From positions 2,936 to 66,935 of the forward strand of contig CALKLF010000080.1 in NCBI GenBank assembly GCA_937992175.1: DNA of 64,000 nt. Direction: 5' to 3'. Position 1 is the stretch's first letter; each line of letters opens with the position of its first letter. A model generated the notes under the pieces. It was not told the origin of the DNA and searched no databases. It was given only the letters and a program-made list of their open reading frames with translations. Positions 10,484 to 20,051 of the stretch are shown piece after piece. The position numbers and the translations under genes were made by a program. The stretch comes from an uncultured Fimbriimonadales bacterium. GTDB taxonomy: Bacteria > Armatimonadota > Fimbriimonadia > Fimbriimonadales > GBS-DC.

Positions 10484-12090
10484 TGCACATCGTTGTCCGC
10501 TTGACTCACCCCGATTGGCGACAGGATTCGCAGCAGCGGCTCTGGCTTCGCGGCGCACCGATTTTCGAGAACGCGTCGATTGACGCGGAGGCGTTCGTAA
10601 AGCGCATAGCCACTTGCTCCACAACGGCGCAGTGGCGGGCCTTCGTAAGTCGATTGGAAGGTTTTTTTGCCTTCGTGTCGCTTACACCAACTGGGGCAGC
10701 CGTTGGCGTCGATCGGGTGCGCAGCATCCCCCTTTTCTACGCGGAACATGATGGCACCCTCTACCTGAGCGACAGCGCGGAGTGGCTGCGTCAACAACTG
10801 CAGATTAAGACCCTCCAGCCCGACGCCCGACAAGAGTTCTTGCTGACGGGTTTTGTTTCGGGCAATCGTACCCTGTTGCCAAGCGTCAGGCAAGCGCAGG
10901 CGGGCGAAGTCGTGCTTATTGAGTCGGCTGAAGCCTCATGGAAATATACGCCCCTGCGCTACTACCTTTTCCGTTCCTTGCCGCCTGCCTCCTTGAGTGA
11001 GGCGGAGTTCGATGAGACGCTGAGCCGGGTGGTCTTCGAATGCATCGAGCGGCTCACTCGATGGGCTGCAGGGCGTCCAATTGTCGTGCCGCTGAGCGGC
11101 GGCGCGGATTCGCGCCTGATTGTGACCGCGCTGCGCTATTTGAACTACAGTCCCCTCCTCGCTTTCAGCTACGGCGCAGCGGGCAGTCGCGACCCGAAGC
11201 GTAGCTCACAGGTAGCACAGGCGCTGGGAGTTCCTTGGCAATATGTTGGATACAGTCGCCGCCTGTGGGACGCCTACTGGAACACCGAGACGCGGCGACG
11301 CTACTGCCTCTGGGCGTCTAACTGGAGCGCGATGCCCCATACTCAGGACTGGATAGCCGTGCAGGAACTCAGGCGCACGGGATTTCTCGCGCACGATGCT
11401 GTATTGGTTCCTGGGCACTCCGCTGACTTCGTTGCTGGCAGCCATATTCCAGCGACTTTTTTCGAGCCGCGCGGTTTTGCCTCCGCCGAAGTCGCCGCCG
11501 CCATCTGGGAGAAGCACTGTAGCCCGCCCTATCGTCCGCCTGTACGCACTCGCTATCTCGAGCAGATTCAGCGCATGCTTCACATAGAAGGGGAGATCCC
11601 GCAGCAAGAGGCTGTAGATGCGTTCGAGCAGTGGGACTGGCAGGAGCGTCAGGCAAAGTATATTGTAAACTCTGTGCGGCTGTATGAGTTCTGGGGCTAT
11701 TCCTGGTGGCTGCCGCTGTGGGACAACCCGTTTGTAGAGTTCTGGCAACGCACGCCACTGGAGCAGCGTTTTGGACGCAGACGCTACCTCGAGTTCGTGC
11801 AGTATTTTACCCGCGCCTACGGCAATGAACGGTTAGCGCAGGTTCCCTTGGCAGTTCCAGCGCGCCATCGTGTGTCGCTGCCACCCTTCCTCCAGCGGGT
11901 TCTCCACATACATCGGCGTATGGCGCATCTGCCCGAAGCGAACAACCCCTGTGCGCTCTGGCAAATCGGTTGGGGAAGACAGATTAATAGCTTCTATCAT
12001 CACGGCTTTATACGAGAGGCAGAGCAGACCCTGCGGAAGCCCATCCAGCTCCAAAACATCATCGGGGATTCTTCCCTCTGCTCAGAATGA
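10483..12090 (+). CDS. Asparagine synthase-related protein (probable glycan amidation)
   Basis: VDRVRSIPLFY, PP-loop PLSGGADSR, WDWQERQAKYIVNS; no N-terminal Cys. Confidence 0.85.
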   Translation: MHIVVRLTHPDWRQDSQQRLWLRGAPIFENASIDAEAFVKRIATCSTTAQWRAFVSRLEGFFAFVSLTPTGAAVGVDRVRSIPLFYAEHDGTLYLSDSAEWLRQQLQIKTLQPDARQEFLLTGFVSGNRTLLPSVRQAQAGEVVLIESAEASWKYTPLRYYLFRSLPPASLSEAEFDETLSRVVFECIERLTRWAAGRPIVVPLSGGADSRLIVTALRYLNYSPLLAFSYGAAGSRDPKRSSQVAQALGVPWQYVGYSRRLWDAYWNTETRRRYCLWASNWSAMPHTQDWIAVQELRRTGFLAHDAVLVPGHSADFVAGSHIPATFFEPRGFASAEVAAAIWEKHCSPPYRPPVRTRYLEQIQRMLHIEGEIPQQEAVDAFEQWDWQERQAKYIVNSVRLYEFWGYSWWLPLWDNPFVEFWQRTPLEQRFGRRRYLEFVQYFTRAYGNERLAQVPLAVPARHRVSLPPFLQRVLHIHRRMAHLPEANNPCALWQIGWGRQINSFYHHGFIREAEQTLRKPIQLQNIIGDSSLCSE

Positions 12091-12237
12091 CAATTGTGGT
12101 CTACCAAAGTGCCTCAAAGATCATAACCCAGGTTGCACCTGTCGGTTTTGAGCAGGCAAGATCTTGCTCCGCTCGGAATGACAAGGTCGTTTTTGCGCAA
12201 ATAAGCGTGTCATTCCGAGCCCAAGGCAAGGAATCTC
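12065..12237. repeat. Cluster of family A palindromic repeats
   Basis: GCTCAGAATGACA, GCTCGGAATGACA and inverted TGTCATTCCGAGC; the first copy supplies the TGA stop of the upstream gene. Confidence 0.75.
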
Positions 12238-12265
12238 GGCACAGGGAGCAACTTGGGTTAATTTG

Positions 12266-12398
12266 CCCCCGTCCCAACCTCCCCCGTAGGTGGGGGAGGC
12301 ATTGCGGCTCCCCGCGCATGCGCTCTCTCCCCGCTTGCGGGAACGGTCAGGGTGGGGGTGGCTTTGGCGTACATTTCAGGGTAAAAAGGAACGATTTA
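12266..12398. repeat. Dispersed ~135-bp hairpin repeat, family B
   Basis: Colinear similarity to 20438-20565 (ACCTCCCCCGT..GGGGGAGG..CTCCCCGCTTGCGGG..CTTTGGCG..AAAAAGG.ACGATTTA). Confidence 0.8.
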
Positions 12399-12419
12399 CC
12401 CCACGAGGAATCACCGCAC

Positions 12420-15122
12420 CTACCCCATCTGTCGCAACTCCGCCACACTCCCGTTCGGCAGGGGTATCTGACTCGCGTTGCGGTTCAGGTACTCTGCCAG
12501 CGCGCCGCGTAAGCCCCGCGCCCACGGATTGCGCGGCTCGTCGGTCAACACCACAATCAGGTAATCGCGCGCTCGCGTGAGCGCGACATAAAGCGTGCGT
12601 TGCGCTTCCGCCTCCGTGCGTTTGTCCGCCTGCTCCTGCAGCACGCGCAGGGGGAGGGGAGCATAGGGCGCAGGGTGGTCAGGGCGCAGGATCTGCATCG
12701 CCACGACGCCCGCCTTGGCGTCCACCTCCAGGTGCGCCTCGCGCGGGCGCGGGCGAAACGCCGTATCCGCCACGAACACCACAGGAAACTCCAGCCCCTT
12801 CGCGCCATGCACGGTGTAGAAGCGCACGACATTCGCCGTCTCCTCGTAGGTAGGGGCGTTGCCCTCGCGCTGTTCGAGGCGGCTGGTCAGCTCCAGCTGC
12901 TGCGCGAAGTCGCGCGGGCGTGTGTGGGGCTGTTCCAGCGCCATCGCCAGCAGTTTACGCACATTCGCCGCCGCCTGTCTGCCCCTCTCACCCTGCGTGA
13001 GCAGCTTCACCTCGTACTGGCTGCCTTCCAGCGCGCGCGCCAGTATCGCGCCCACCGTCCACTCGCCCACGCGCTCCGTCAGCGGCTCGAACCATTCGCG
13101 GAACGCCTGCAGTCGCTCGGCGTCGGGCGGGTCGAGGTCAGTCTCGTCGTCCAGACACAGGCGCAGGGGCAGCTCGGTCTGCTCAGCGCGTTGGGTGAGT
13201 ATCATCAGCGCGTCGGGACTAAGCCCTGCCAGCGGCGAGCGCAGCACGCACGCCAGCGCGAGGTCGTCTTCCGCGTCGCTGAGGGCGCGCAGCAGGTTCA
13301 CCAGGTCGCGCACCTCGTACCGCGCCCAGTAGCCTCTCCCGCCCCCAACCACAAAGTAGGGCACACTTGCCTCGCAGAACGCCACCTCGAACTGCGCCAC
13401 TGCGGTGAACTGATGGAACAGTACGGCGAAGTCGCCATACTGCGCGGGACGCTCTGCGCCTGTGTCGGGGTCATGCACGGTCAGGCTCTGATTTTCGACC
13501 CAGTGACGGATTTGCGTTGCAATCAGCGTTGCTTCTCGTTGCGAGTTGCGCTGAGGCAGTCGCCAGACCTGCACGCGCGGCTCGGCGGGCGAGGGCGCAG
13601 GCGGGCGCATCGGCTCCAGACGCAAAAACCGCGCTCCCCATAAATGCCCGAACACCCGCTCCACGAACGCCAGAACATCGGGGTGCGAGCGGAAGTTCGC
13701 CTGCAGGGGCACAAGGCGTCCATTGGTCTGGCGCGTGCGCTGTTGCCATCCCTCGAACACGCACGGGTCGGCATAACGAAAGCCATAGATGGACTGCTGC
13801 GCGTCACCCACCACCATCAGGTTGCCCCCCGCCGATAGAATATCGATAATCTGCGCCTGCAGCCCGTCGATATCCTGCGTCTCGTCGACCAGCGTATACA
13901 GGAACTGGCGCTGGTAGCGCTTGCGTACCGTGGCGCAGTCGCGCAGCATCTGCAGGGCGCAGATTTGCATATCGTCGAAATCGAGTGCGCTGCGTTGCTG
14001 CTTGAGGGCTTCGTAGGCATGCAGGTACTCGAGGGTGAGCGTCAGCAGGGCGCGGCTCATCTCGCGGGCGCGCGCCTCCAGTTCGGGGTTCAGGTCACCC
14101 CACAGGCTCTGCAGCGAGCGCTGGAGTTCTCTCTGAATCTCTGGGTTCTCGATGGGCATTTCCTGATCGCCGATCAGGAGCCTGATTTCGCCGATCGGAG
14201 GGTTCGGGTCGACAATCGGAAGCCTGATGTTTGGGAAATTGGAAACCTCACCCTCCAGCCCCCTTCCGATAAGGGTACACGGTTCTGCCTCAACTGCGGG
14301 CGCAGCCGTCTTATTTTCTCCCGCCTTCTGAACCTCACCTCCCAGGTTCCTCTCCGTACACGGAGAGAGGGAGTCAGGCGCGTGGGCGGGGGCAGCTCCC
14401 CCCTCTCCGCTTACGGAGAGGGGGTCTGGGGGGGTGAGGTCAGTGCGCACGGAGAGGGAGGACAGGGGGTGAGGGCTAAGAATCTCGCTCACCGCCCTCA
14501 GCGTGTAATACCGCATCAGCGTCTCGGCGTCGGGGTAATTGTCCAGCCAGCGTTGCAGGGCGTCGGCGGTCAGCCCCTGATGGCGCACGGTCTCAGCGAC
14601 GCGCTGCACGATTGTATAAAGCGACTCCAGCGGGTTGCCGCGGACATGGTCTAAGTTCAGGTAATCGGCGATGAGGTCGATGAGTGGGTCGGTTTCGAAG
14701 TCGCGGGGTTCCTTGAGCAGCTGAGCGAGGGCGCGATGGAATGCCTCGCGCTTGAAGTGGTGCGCGGCGGGGCTGGGCAGCACGCTCAGGTCGGGGTCGA
14801 CGCCCGCTTCGAACGGGTTCTCCTGCAGCAGGCGGCGGCATAGGGCGTGGACGGTATGGATGTAGGCGTTCTCGACGCGGGCGCGGGCGTCGCGTAGCCC
14901 GCGCTGTTCGAGCTTGCGGATGATGCGCGTTTTCATCTCGGCGGCGGCGTTGCGCGTGAAGGTAATCGCCAGGATGCGTTCGGGATCGACGCCCCGCTCG
15001 GCGACTAAATGCACGAAGCGCTCAGTCAGCACGCCTGTTTTGCCCGAGCCTGCGCCCGCGACGACGGCTAACAGCCCCTCGCCGTGCGTGATGGCGGCGT
15101 GTTGCTCTGGCGTCCAGCGCAT
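12420..15122 (-). CDS. UvrD/AddA-like SF1 helicase with in-frame repeat insertion
   Basis: AGAGSGKT, ITFTRNAAAEM, VDETQD, VGDAQQSIYGFR, NFRSHP, TVHGAKGLEF, YVALTRARD. Confidence 0.93.
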   Translation of the reverse strand: MRWTPEQHAAITHGEGLLAVVAGAGSGKTGVLTERFVHLVAERGVDPERILAITFTRNAAAEMKTRIIRKLEQRGLRDARARVENAYIHTVHALCRRLLQENPFEAGVDPDLSVLPSPAAHHFKREAFHRALAQLLKEPRDFETDPLIDLIADYLNLDHVRGNPLESLYTIVQRVAETVRHQGLTADALQRWLDNYPDAETLMRYYTLRAVSEILSPHPLSSLSVRTDLTPPDPLSVSGEGGAAPAHAPDSLSPCTERNLGGEVQKAGENKTAAPAVEAEPCTLIGRGLEGEVSNFPNIRLPIVDPNPPIGEIRLLIGDQEMPIENPEIQRELQRSLQSLWGDLNPELEARAREMSRALLTLTLEYLHAYEALKQQRSALDFDDMQICALQMLRDCATVRKRYQRQFLYTLVDETQDIDGLQAQIIDILSAGGNLMVVGDAQQSIYGFRYADPCVFEGWQQRTRQTNGRLVPLQANFRSHPDVLAFVERVFGHLWGARFLRLEPMRPPAPSPAEPRVQVWRLPQRNSQREATLIATQIRHWVENQSLTVHDPDTGAERPAQYGDFAVLFHQFTAVAQFEVAFCEASVPYFVVGGGRGYWARYEVRDLVNLLRALSDAEDDLALACVLRSPLAGLSPDALMILTQRAEQTELPLRLCLDDETDLDPPDAERLQAFREWFEPLTERVGEWTVGAILARALEGSQYEVKLLTQGERGRQAAANVRKLLAMALEQPHTRPRDFAQQLELTSRLEQREGNAPTYEETANVVRFYTVHGAKGLEFPVVFVADTAFRPRPREAHLEVDAKAGVVAMQILRPDHPAPYAPLPLRVLQEQADKRTEAEAQRTLYVALTRARDYLIVVLTDEPRNPWARGLRGALAEYLNRNASQIPLPNGSVAELRQMG
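14244..14477. repeat. Family C palindromic repeats (CCTCACCCC..CCTCTCC..GGAGAGGGG) inside the helicase ORF
   Basis: Same motif occurs intergenically at 31195-31306 and 38210-38250. Confidence 0.8.
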
Positions 15123-15292
15123 AGAACGCTTATTTTACCCTCCCCGTGTACCCGCGCCATCAGGAGGCGACACATCCTCATAGCACGCGCTATCGAAGAG
15201 CGAATCGCTACCGACTTCGATAGGATTCGGGGTGCAATTCTCCTGCCAAAGTGAACATCCAAAACAAGTAGGCGTCTATAGGCGCGTGGAGG

Positions 15293-16060
15293 ATGAAAAC
15301 GATGCGACTTAAATGGATTGCCGTAAGCGTCTTTGCCGCGGCGCTGGTGGGTAGTGCGTTCGCCCAGAGCGGGTTTGGGCAACCCCGACAGGGCGCGCCG
15401 GGACAAGGGCAGCAGCGTGGACAGGGCTTCGGACGCATGATGGGCGCGGGTATGGCAGGCACGCTGCTGGAGCGACCCGATGTGCAACGCGAACTGAACC
15501 TGACCGAGCAGCAGAAGAGTCAGATTCGACAGATGCAGGAGAACCAGCGCACCGCGATGCAGGAGCTGCGCAACCTCCCGCCTGATCAGCGACGACAGCG
15601 CATGCAGGAAGTGCGCGAGAAGAACGACCCGACCAAAGTGTTGAACGAGACCCAGAAGAAGCGACTGCGCGAGATCGAACTGCAGGCGATGGGGTCAACT
15701 GCTCTCCTGCAAGACGAGGTGGCGAACGAGCTGAAGCTCACTCAGGAGCAGCGCTCCCGCCTGCAAGGGATTGTGGTGCAACAGATGCAGCAGCTGCGCG
15801 AGCAGTTTCAGAGCGGCGGCTTCGGTCAGGGTCAGGGCGCACAGCAGATGCAGCAGATGCGCGAGCAGATGGAGAAGCAGATGCTCGAGGTGCTGACCCC
15901 GGCGCAGCGTCAGCAGTGGCAGCAGATGCAGGGCAAGCCGTTCCAGTTTGAAGGCGGTCGCCCGATGCCGTGGGGCGGCGGACGCGGCGGCTTCGGCGGT
16001 CTGCAGGGCGGTCCGCGCGGCGGTTCGGGCTTTGGCGGCGGACGCGGCTTTGGCAACTAA
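15293..16060 (+). CDS. Secreted Q/G-rich helical protein, Spy/CpxP-like (LTxxQ repeats)
   Basis: Signal peptide; LNLTEQQK, LKLTQEQR, VLTPAQR motifs. Confidence 0.75.
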   Translation: MKTMRLKWIAVSVFAAALVGSAFAQSGFGQPRQGAPGQGQQRGQGFGRMMGAGMAGTLLERPDVQRELNLTEQQKSQIRQMQENQRTAMQELRNLPPDQRRQRMQEVREKNDPTKVLNETQKKRLREIELQAMGSTALLQDEVANELKLTQEQRSRLQGIVVQQMQQLREQFQSGGFGQGQGAQQMQQMREQMEKQMLEVLTPAQRQQWQQMQGKPFQFEGGRPMPWGGGRGGFGGLQGGPRGGSGFGGGRGFGN

Positions 16061-16100
16061 AACCTCTTTCGTGAAGCTTACCTCCTCAAGCGAACACCGG

Positions 16101-16138
16101 CAGAGTGCGCCCTCCCGCAAGGGAGGGCGGCTCTGTTT
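16101..16138 (+). terminator. Probable intrinsic terminator
   Basis: CGCCCTCCC-GCAA-GGGAGGGCG hairpin extended by CAGAG/CTCTG and followed by TTT. Confidence 0.6.
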
Positions 16139-16170
16139 AAGAAGTACCCTTAGCGATATTCGTCAGGGAG

Positions 16171-16434
16171 TTGCCCGTATCTTGTTTCCTCGGGGCAACT
16201 TCTGGTTCTTATGTGAACCGAGCCGTGTCGGGCGACATAGACAATGGCGGAGACGCGGAGCGTGGTACGGCATCTAACCCTTTCAACACGATCCACGAGG
16301 GTGCTTTCTGTGTACCAACAGGCGATACGGTTCGTATCGCGCCAGGCAACTACAACGCGCGGTTCCGCCTCTGGCGACCGATGCGGCTGGAGCGCGACGG
16401 CGCCTCAGGAACTGTCGTGATTGGTAGACCCTGA
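16171..16434 (+). pseudogene. Orphan C-terminal fragment of a surface protein (DUF1565-like GTxxxPFxTI..A...GDTVxIAPGxY)
   Basis: Motif GTASNPFNTIHEG...GDTVRIAPGNY; no credible start or signal peptide. Confidence 0.55.
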
Positions 16435-16513
16435 AACCTACAACGCGGGGGCGCATACTGATTTCGCACCCCAACCGAAGCAGGTTCTTAACTACCAGAG
16501 GAGGCACTTTGCG

Positions 16514-16936
16514 ATGAAAACGCTCTTACGATGGCTGAGCCTCTCGGCAGCCCTGCTGCTGAGTCTGATTTTCGTCTATGCCCAACAAGGCGGCAACTAC
16601 GACAACAGCTGGTGGAGCATCGACAACGGCGGCGTGTCGTTCGCGTCGGGCGGCGTGTATGAGACAGGCGTGACGCTGGGACAGTGGGACGCCTCGAACG
16701 AGCTGCTAGGACCGCCCCCCTATCGCAACACAGGTGGGTTCTGGGCAGTGCCGTTGCTCGCGCCCTCCAACGGTGATGTGGACGGCGACGGCTGCGTCGA
16801 TGACGCCGACCTATTGAGCGTGCTGTTTGCCTTCGGGCAAAGTGGATTAGGTCTGTTCCAGGATCTGAATCAGGACTACGTGGTAGACGGCGCAGACCTG
16901 TTGACTCTGCTATTCAACTTCGGGCAGGGCTGCTGA
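16514..16936 (+). CDS. Small secreted protein with C-terminal dockerin/EF-hand-like module
   Basis: GAGG RBS, signal peptide, WWSIDNGG...GGFW, GDVDGDGCVDDADLL..FGQGC. Confidence 0.8.
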   Translation: MKTLLRWLSLSAALLLSLIFVYAQQGGNYDNSWWSIDNGGVSFASGGVYETGVTLGQWDASNELLGPPPYRNTGGFWAVPLLAPSNGDVDGDGCVDDADLLSVLFAFGQSGLGLFQDLNQDYVVDGADLLTLLFNFGQGC

Positions 16937-16978
16937 CCCATGTAAAGCGTGCGGCGGGCGATTCCTGCCGCACGACTC

Positions 16979-18394
16979 TCAATTCTCTACCGATTCCTTC
17001 GCCCGCTGCCATAGTTCCTCCCATTCGTCGGCGGATAAACTCTCCAGTGCGCGCCCTTGACGCGCGGCTTCCGCCTCCATCCACTGAAAGCGGCGCGTGA
17101 AACGGTCCACCATCGTGCGCAGGGCGTCCTCAGCGTCCACCTGCGCGTGGCGAGCGATGTTGACCACCGTGAACAGCAAATCGCCCAGCTCGCTGGCGAT
17201 GCGGTCCCTGTCGCCCGACTCGATGGTATGGCGCAACTCAGTTTCCTCTTCGCGCAGTTTGTCCAGCACGCCGTAAATTGAATCCCACTCGAAGCCGACG
17301 CGCGCGGCGCGTTTGGAGATCTCCTGTGCGCGGGCAAGCGCGGGCATGGCGCGCGGTACGCCCTCCAGCACTGACTCACGCCCCGATTGCGCCTGTTTGG
17401 TTCTGTCCCAGTTTTTCAGCACCTGCTCGGCGGTCTCGGCGTGCGCCTCGCCAAACACATGCGGGTGGCGCGAAATCAGTTTCTCGGTCAGGTACTGCAC
17501 GACGCCGTCGATATCGAACGCGCCCGTTTCCCTCGCCATCTGGCTGTGCATCAGCACCTGCAGCAGCAGGTCGCCGAGTTCCTCGCGCAGCGCGACGGGG
17601 TCGCCCGAGTCGATGGCTTCCAGCGTTTCGTAAGTCTCTTCGAGCAGGTGCGGTTTGAGGCTTTCGTGGGTCTGCTCGCGATCCCAGGGGCAGCCGTCGG
17701 GCGCACGCAGCGCGGCGACCACGCGCGCCAGTCCCTCGAAACCGCTGTATACCTGCTCCCGACGGGAGCAGGAGGGCACAAGCAGATAGGTAATCGCGTC
17801 GCAGGGCAGTTGATGCAGCTGGTGCAGCGCGACGCGGCGATACTCGGTCAGCGACTCGTCGCCCGGCGCGTGAATCAGGAACGCTTCGAACGCCGGAGGG
17901 TAGAAACGCGCTAATTGCTGTTGCACAGCGCGTAGGCGTTCGGGCGTTTCTACGCCAAACCAGAGCGACGGAACCGTCGGGTCGAATCGCAGATGAGGCA
18001 GGCGACGCGCGTCCAGAACCTGCAGCCCCTCGACCGCGGGAAACAGCACTGCCTCCAGCGTAGGCTCGATAAAACTTCGGCTGGGCACCAGGCGCACGGG
18101 GCGTCCCCGTTCCGTCGCAGCTTGCAAGATGGTCGCCGAAAGCAGATTCGCAACTAGCGGATGTCCTGGCGTCGCGACGGCGACCGCGCGTTCGGGCGCG
18201 TTCAGGATGAGTTCCAGCGCCTTCTCTGGCTCTTGGGGGCATGGCTCGTAGTCGACGCCCGCCCATTTGAGGGCGCGGGCGCTGGGGTGGTCGGGATGGG
18301 TGAGAAATACGCGCTGAGCGCGGCGCAGGGCATTAAGTGCGTATTCGCTCAGCTCCTGCGCGCCGCCCGCGCCCAGCCCGACCAGGTAAATCAT
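16979..18394 (-). CDS. mazG: Tetrapyrrole-methylase-like/MazG fusion NTP pyrophosphohydrolase (YabN-like)
   Basis: IYLVGLGAG N-domain; GCPWDREQTH, EETYE, EELGDLL, two MazG domains. Confidence 0.92.
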   Translation of the reverse strand: MIYLVGLGAGGAQELSEYALNALRRAQRVFLTHPDHPSARALKWAGVDYEPCPQEPEKALELILNAPERAVAVATPGHPLVANLLSATILQAATERGRPVRLVPSRSFIEPTLEAVLFPAVEGLQVLDARRLPHLRFDPTVPSLWFGVETPERLRAVQQQLARFYPPAFEAFLIHAPGDESLTEYRRVALHQLHQLPCDAITYLLVPSCSRREQVYSGFEGLARVVAALRAPDGCPWDREQTHESLKPHLLEETYETLEAIDSGDPVALREELGDLLLQVLMHSQMARETGAFDIDGVVQYLTEKLISRHPHVFGEAHAETAEQVLKNWDRTKQAQSGRESVLEGVPRAMPALARAQEISKRAARVGFEWDSIYGVLDKLREEETELRHTIESGDRDRIASELGDLLFTVVNIARHAQVDAEDALRTMVDRFTRRFQWMEAEAARQGRALESLSADEWEELWQRAKESVEN

Positions 18395-19479
18395 CAGCGT
18401 TTCTCAGCAGGTTTCTGTTCTGCAGGTTTCGCCGACTGCTCTGCGGGTTTCCCGCCGTCGGTCGGCTTGCCCTGCTGCGGCTCCAGCTGCGCCAGCGTCT
18501 TCTTCAGTTCGTCCATAGCCTTCTCATACTGCTTCTTCCAGGTCTCGGACTTGATTTCCACGGGCGTGTTCGCCATCCGCTTCATCATCTCCAAGTTAAG
18601 GTCGCGGTTGGTCTGCATGCCCTTCTGCAGCATGAGCTGCTCACGGATGTTATCCTTCACTTCCTCGAAGGGCATCTGGCGTCCTGCGCTTTTGGCAAGC
18701 ACTTCGAACCGCCCTACCCAGCCGTCGCCAACAGGGATCCAGTCCGTCACCTGCATCGGCTTCGCGTTTTTGAGAACATTGCGCACGCGCTGAAGGATTT
18801 GCCCATTCGGGGTGTTGGGTAGTTGCCCTTCCAAAGGAAACTCGTTCTCGCCCGATTGCACGTTCGCGACAGGGTTCTGCGAGTATTTGTTCACGATGCT
18901 CTGGAAGTTGAAGCCGCGCTTGAGGTCGTTATCGATCTGTTGGCGCACTTCGGGGTTCTGCACGAGGATGACGCGCACGCGCGCGGTGGCAGGGCGATAG
19001 AACGCCTGCTTGTTCTCCTCGTAAACCTTCTTTACTTCCTGCTCGGTGACGGTGACGCCCTTCGTGCGCAGATTGAATTCAGCAAGCGCGACTCGCACGC
19101 GCTGACGATAGTCCTCCAAGGTCAGCTGCTGCTCGTCGATGGCTTGTTTGACCTGGGGATTATTTTTCAGTTCGCGCTGCACGCGCTCATCGACCTGCTG
19201 GTCGGTTGGCAATACGCCTTCTTCTTTTGCCATGTCGAGCAGCACCTGCTCGCGGATCATCTGCACAAGGGTCGTGTAGCCCGCGGGGGCAGTGGTGGCC
19301 TGGTTCCCAGCGATTTGGACAGGGGTAGGCATCAGTTCCAGGCGGCGCAGGTACATATCCTTGTCGATAGAAGTTTCGCCCACTTTGGCGACGATGTTGT
19401 CTTGTTTCCCACCGCACGCGCTCAAAGCAACCACTGCCAGCGCTGCGAACCCTGCTCCAAAAAGACTCGATAATTTCAT
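18394..19479 (-). CDS. PrsA/SurA-like foldase lipoprotein
   Basis: Lipobox LSAC, VAKVGETSI, VTEQEVKKVYEENK..F, PFEEVKDNI. Confidence 0.8.
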   Translation of the reverse strand: MKLSSLFGAGFAALAVVALSACGGKQDNIVAKVGETSIDKDMYLRRLELMPTPVQIAGNQATTAPAGYTTLVQMIREQVLLDMAKEEGVLPTDQQVDERVQRELKNNPQVKQAIDEQQLTLEDYRQRVRVALAEFNLRTKGVTVTEQEVKKVYEENKQAFYRPATARVRVILVQNPEVRQQIDNDLKRGFNFQSIVNKYSQNPVANVQSGENEFPLEGQLPNTPNGQILQRVRNVLKNAKPMQVTDWIPVGDGWVGRFEVLAKSAGRQMPFEEVKDNIREQLMLQKGMQTNRDLNLEMMKRMANTPVEIKSETWKKQYEKAMDELKKTLAQLEPQQGKPTDGGKPAEQSAKPAEQKPAEKR

Positions 19480-20048
19480 CCGTTCTCCTCCGTACTGCGT
19501 CGTGTGAGATTGAGTATCAGCTCCACTTCGCCTTGGGCGTAGCCAGTCTGTCGGGCGATTTCGGGCACGCTCAGCCCCCGCTCCGCCAGAACCGCGACGG
19601 CGCCATACGGCGAAGTTTCCGATGCTGATAGGTTATACCCTGAATCGGGCGTGAAAGTTTCATGCACTGTGGCTTGAGCGTCCTGCTCAAGTATTGGCAA
19701 CCCCGTGGCTTGAGCGTCCCGCTCAAGTATGTCACTGCATCCGGTGCGAATGCTCTTTTGCACGGACGAGACGCCCGTGCCACGCGGGGCATAGTCGGGC
19801 TGCACGGACGAGACGCCCGTGCCACGCCGCTCCAGCTCTTTCAGCCTTGTTTCAATCCGCGCTTCCGCCTGCGCCGCCTCCTCCGCGAGCTTCTGGAGTA
19901 GAGCGTCCACCGTTTGTCGCAACTCTTCCAGCTCGCCAGTAAGCGACTGGCGCGCCGCTTGGGCGCGCAGCTCAGCCTGGGCGCGTAAAAACAGGAGCCA
20001 CCCTGCAATCAGCAGCAGCGCTTGCAACAGCACCATCAGTTCCGACAT
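19476..20048 (-). CDS. Membrane-anchored coiled-coil protein with C-terminal HTH-like domain (DUF2802/DUF6115-like), containing in-frame REP-like repeats
   Basis: N-terminal TM, coiled coil, C-terminal GLSVPEIARQTGYAQGEVELILNL; ATGA overlap with prsA-like gene. Confidence 0.75.
   Translation of the reverse strand: MSELMVLLQALLLIAGWLLFLRAQAELRAQAARQSLTGELEELRQTVDALLQKLAEEAAQAEARIETRLKELERRGTGVSSVQPDYAPRGTGVSSVQKSIRTGCSDILERDAQATGLPILEQDAQATVHETFTPDSGYNLSASETSPYGAVAVLAERGLSVPEIARQTGYAQGEVELILNLTRRSTEENG
19669..19827. repeat. Four REP-like palindromes inside the CDS
   Basis: GTGGCTTGAGCGTCCYGCTCAAGTAT x2 (19669, 19705) and TGCACGGACGAGACGCCCGTGCCACGC x2 (19759, 19801). Confidence 0.85.
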
Positions 20049-20051
20049 CGT

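Noticed and set aside
19669..19827. Possible mini CRISPR array
   Set aside because: Only two copies of each unit, 10-15 bp spacers, inside an ORF, no cas genes
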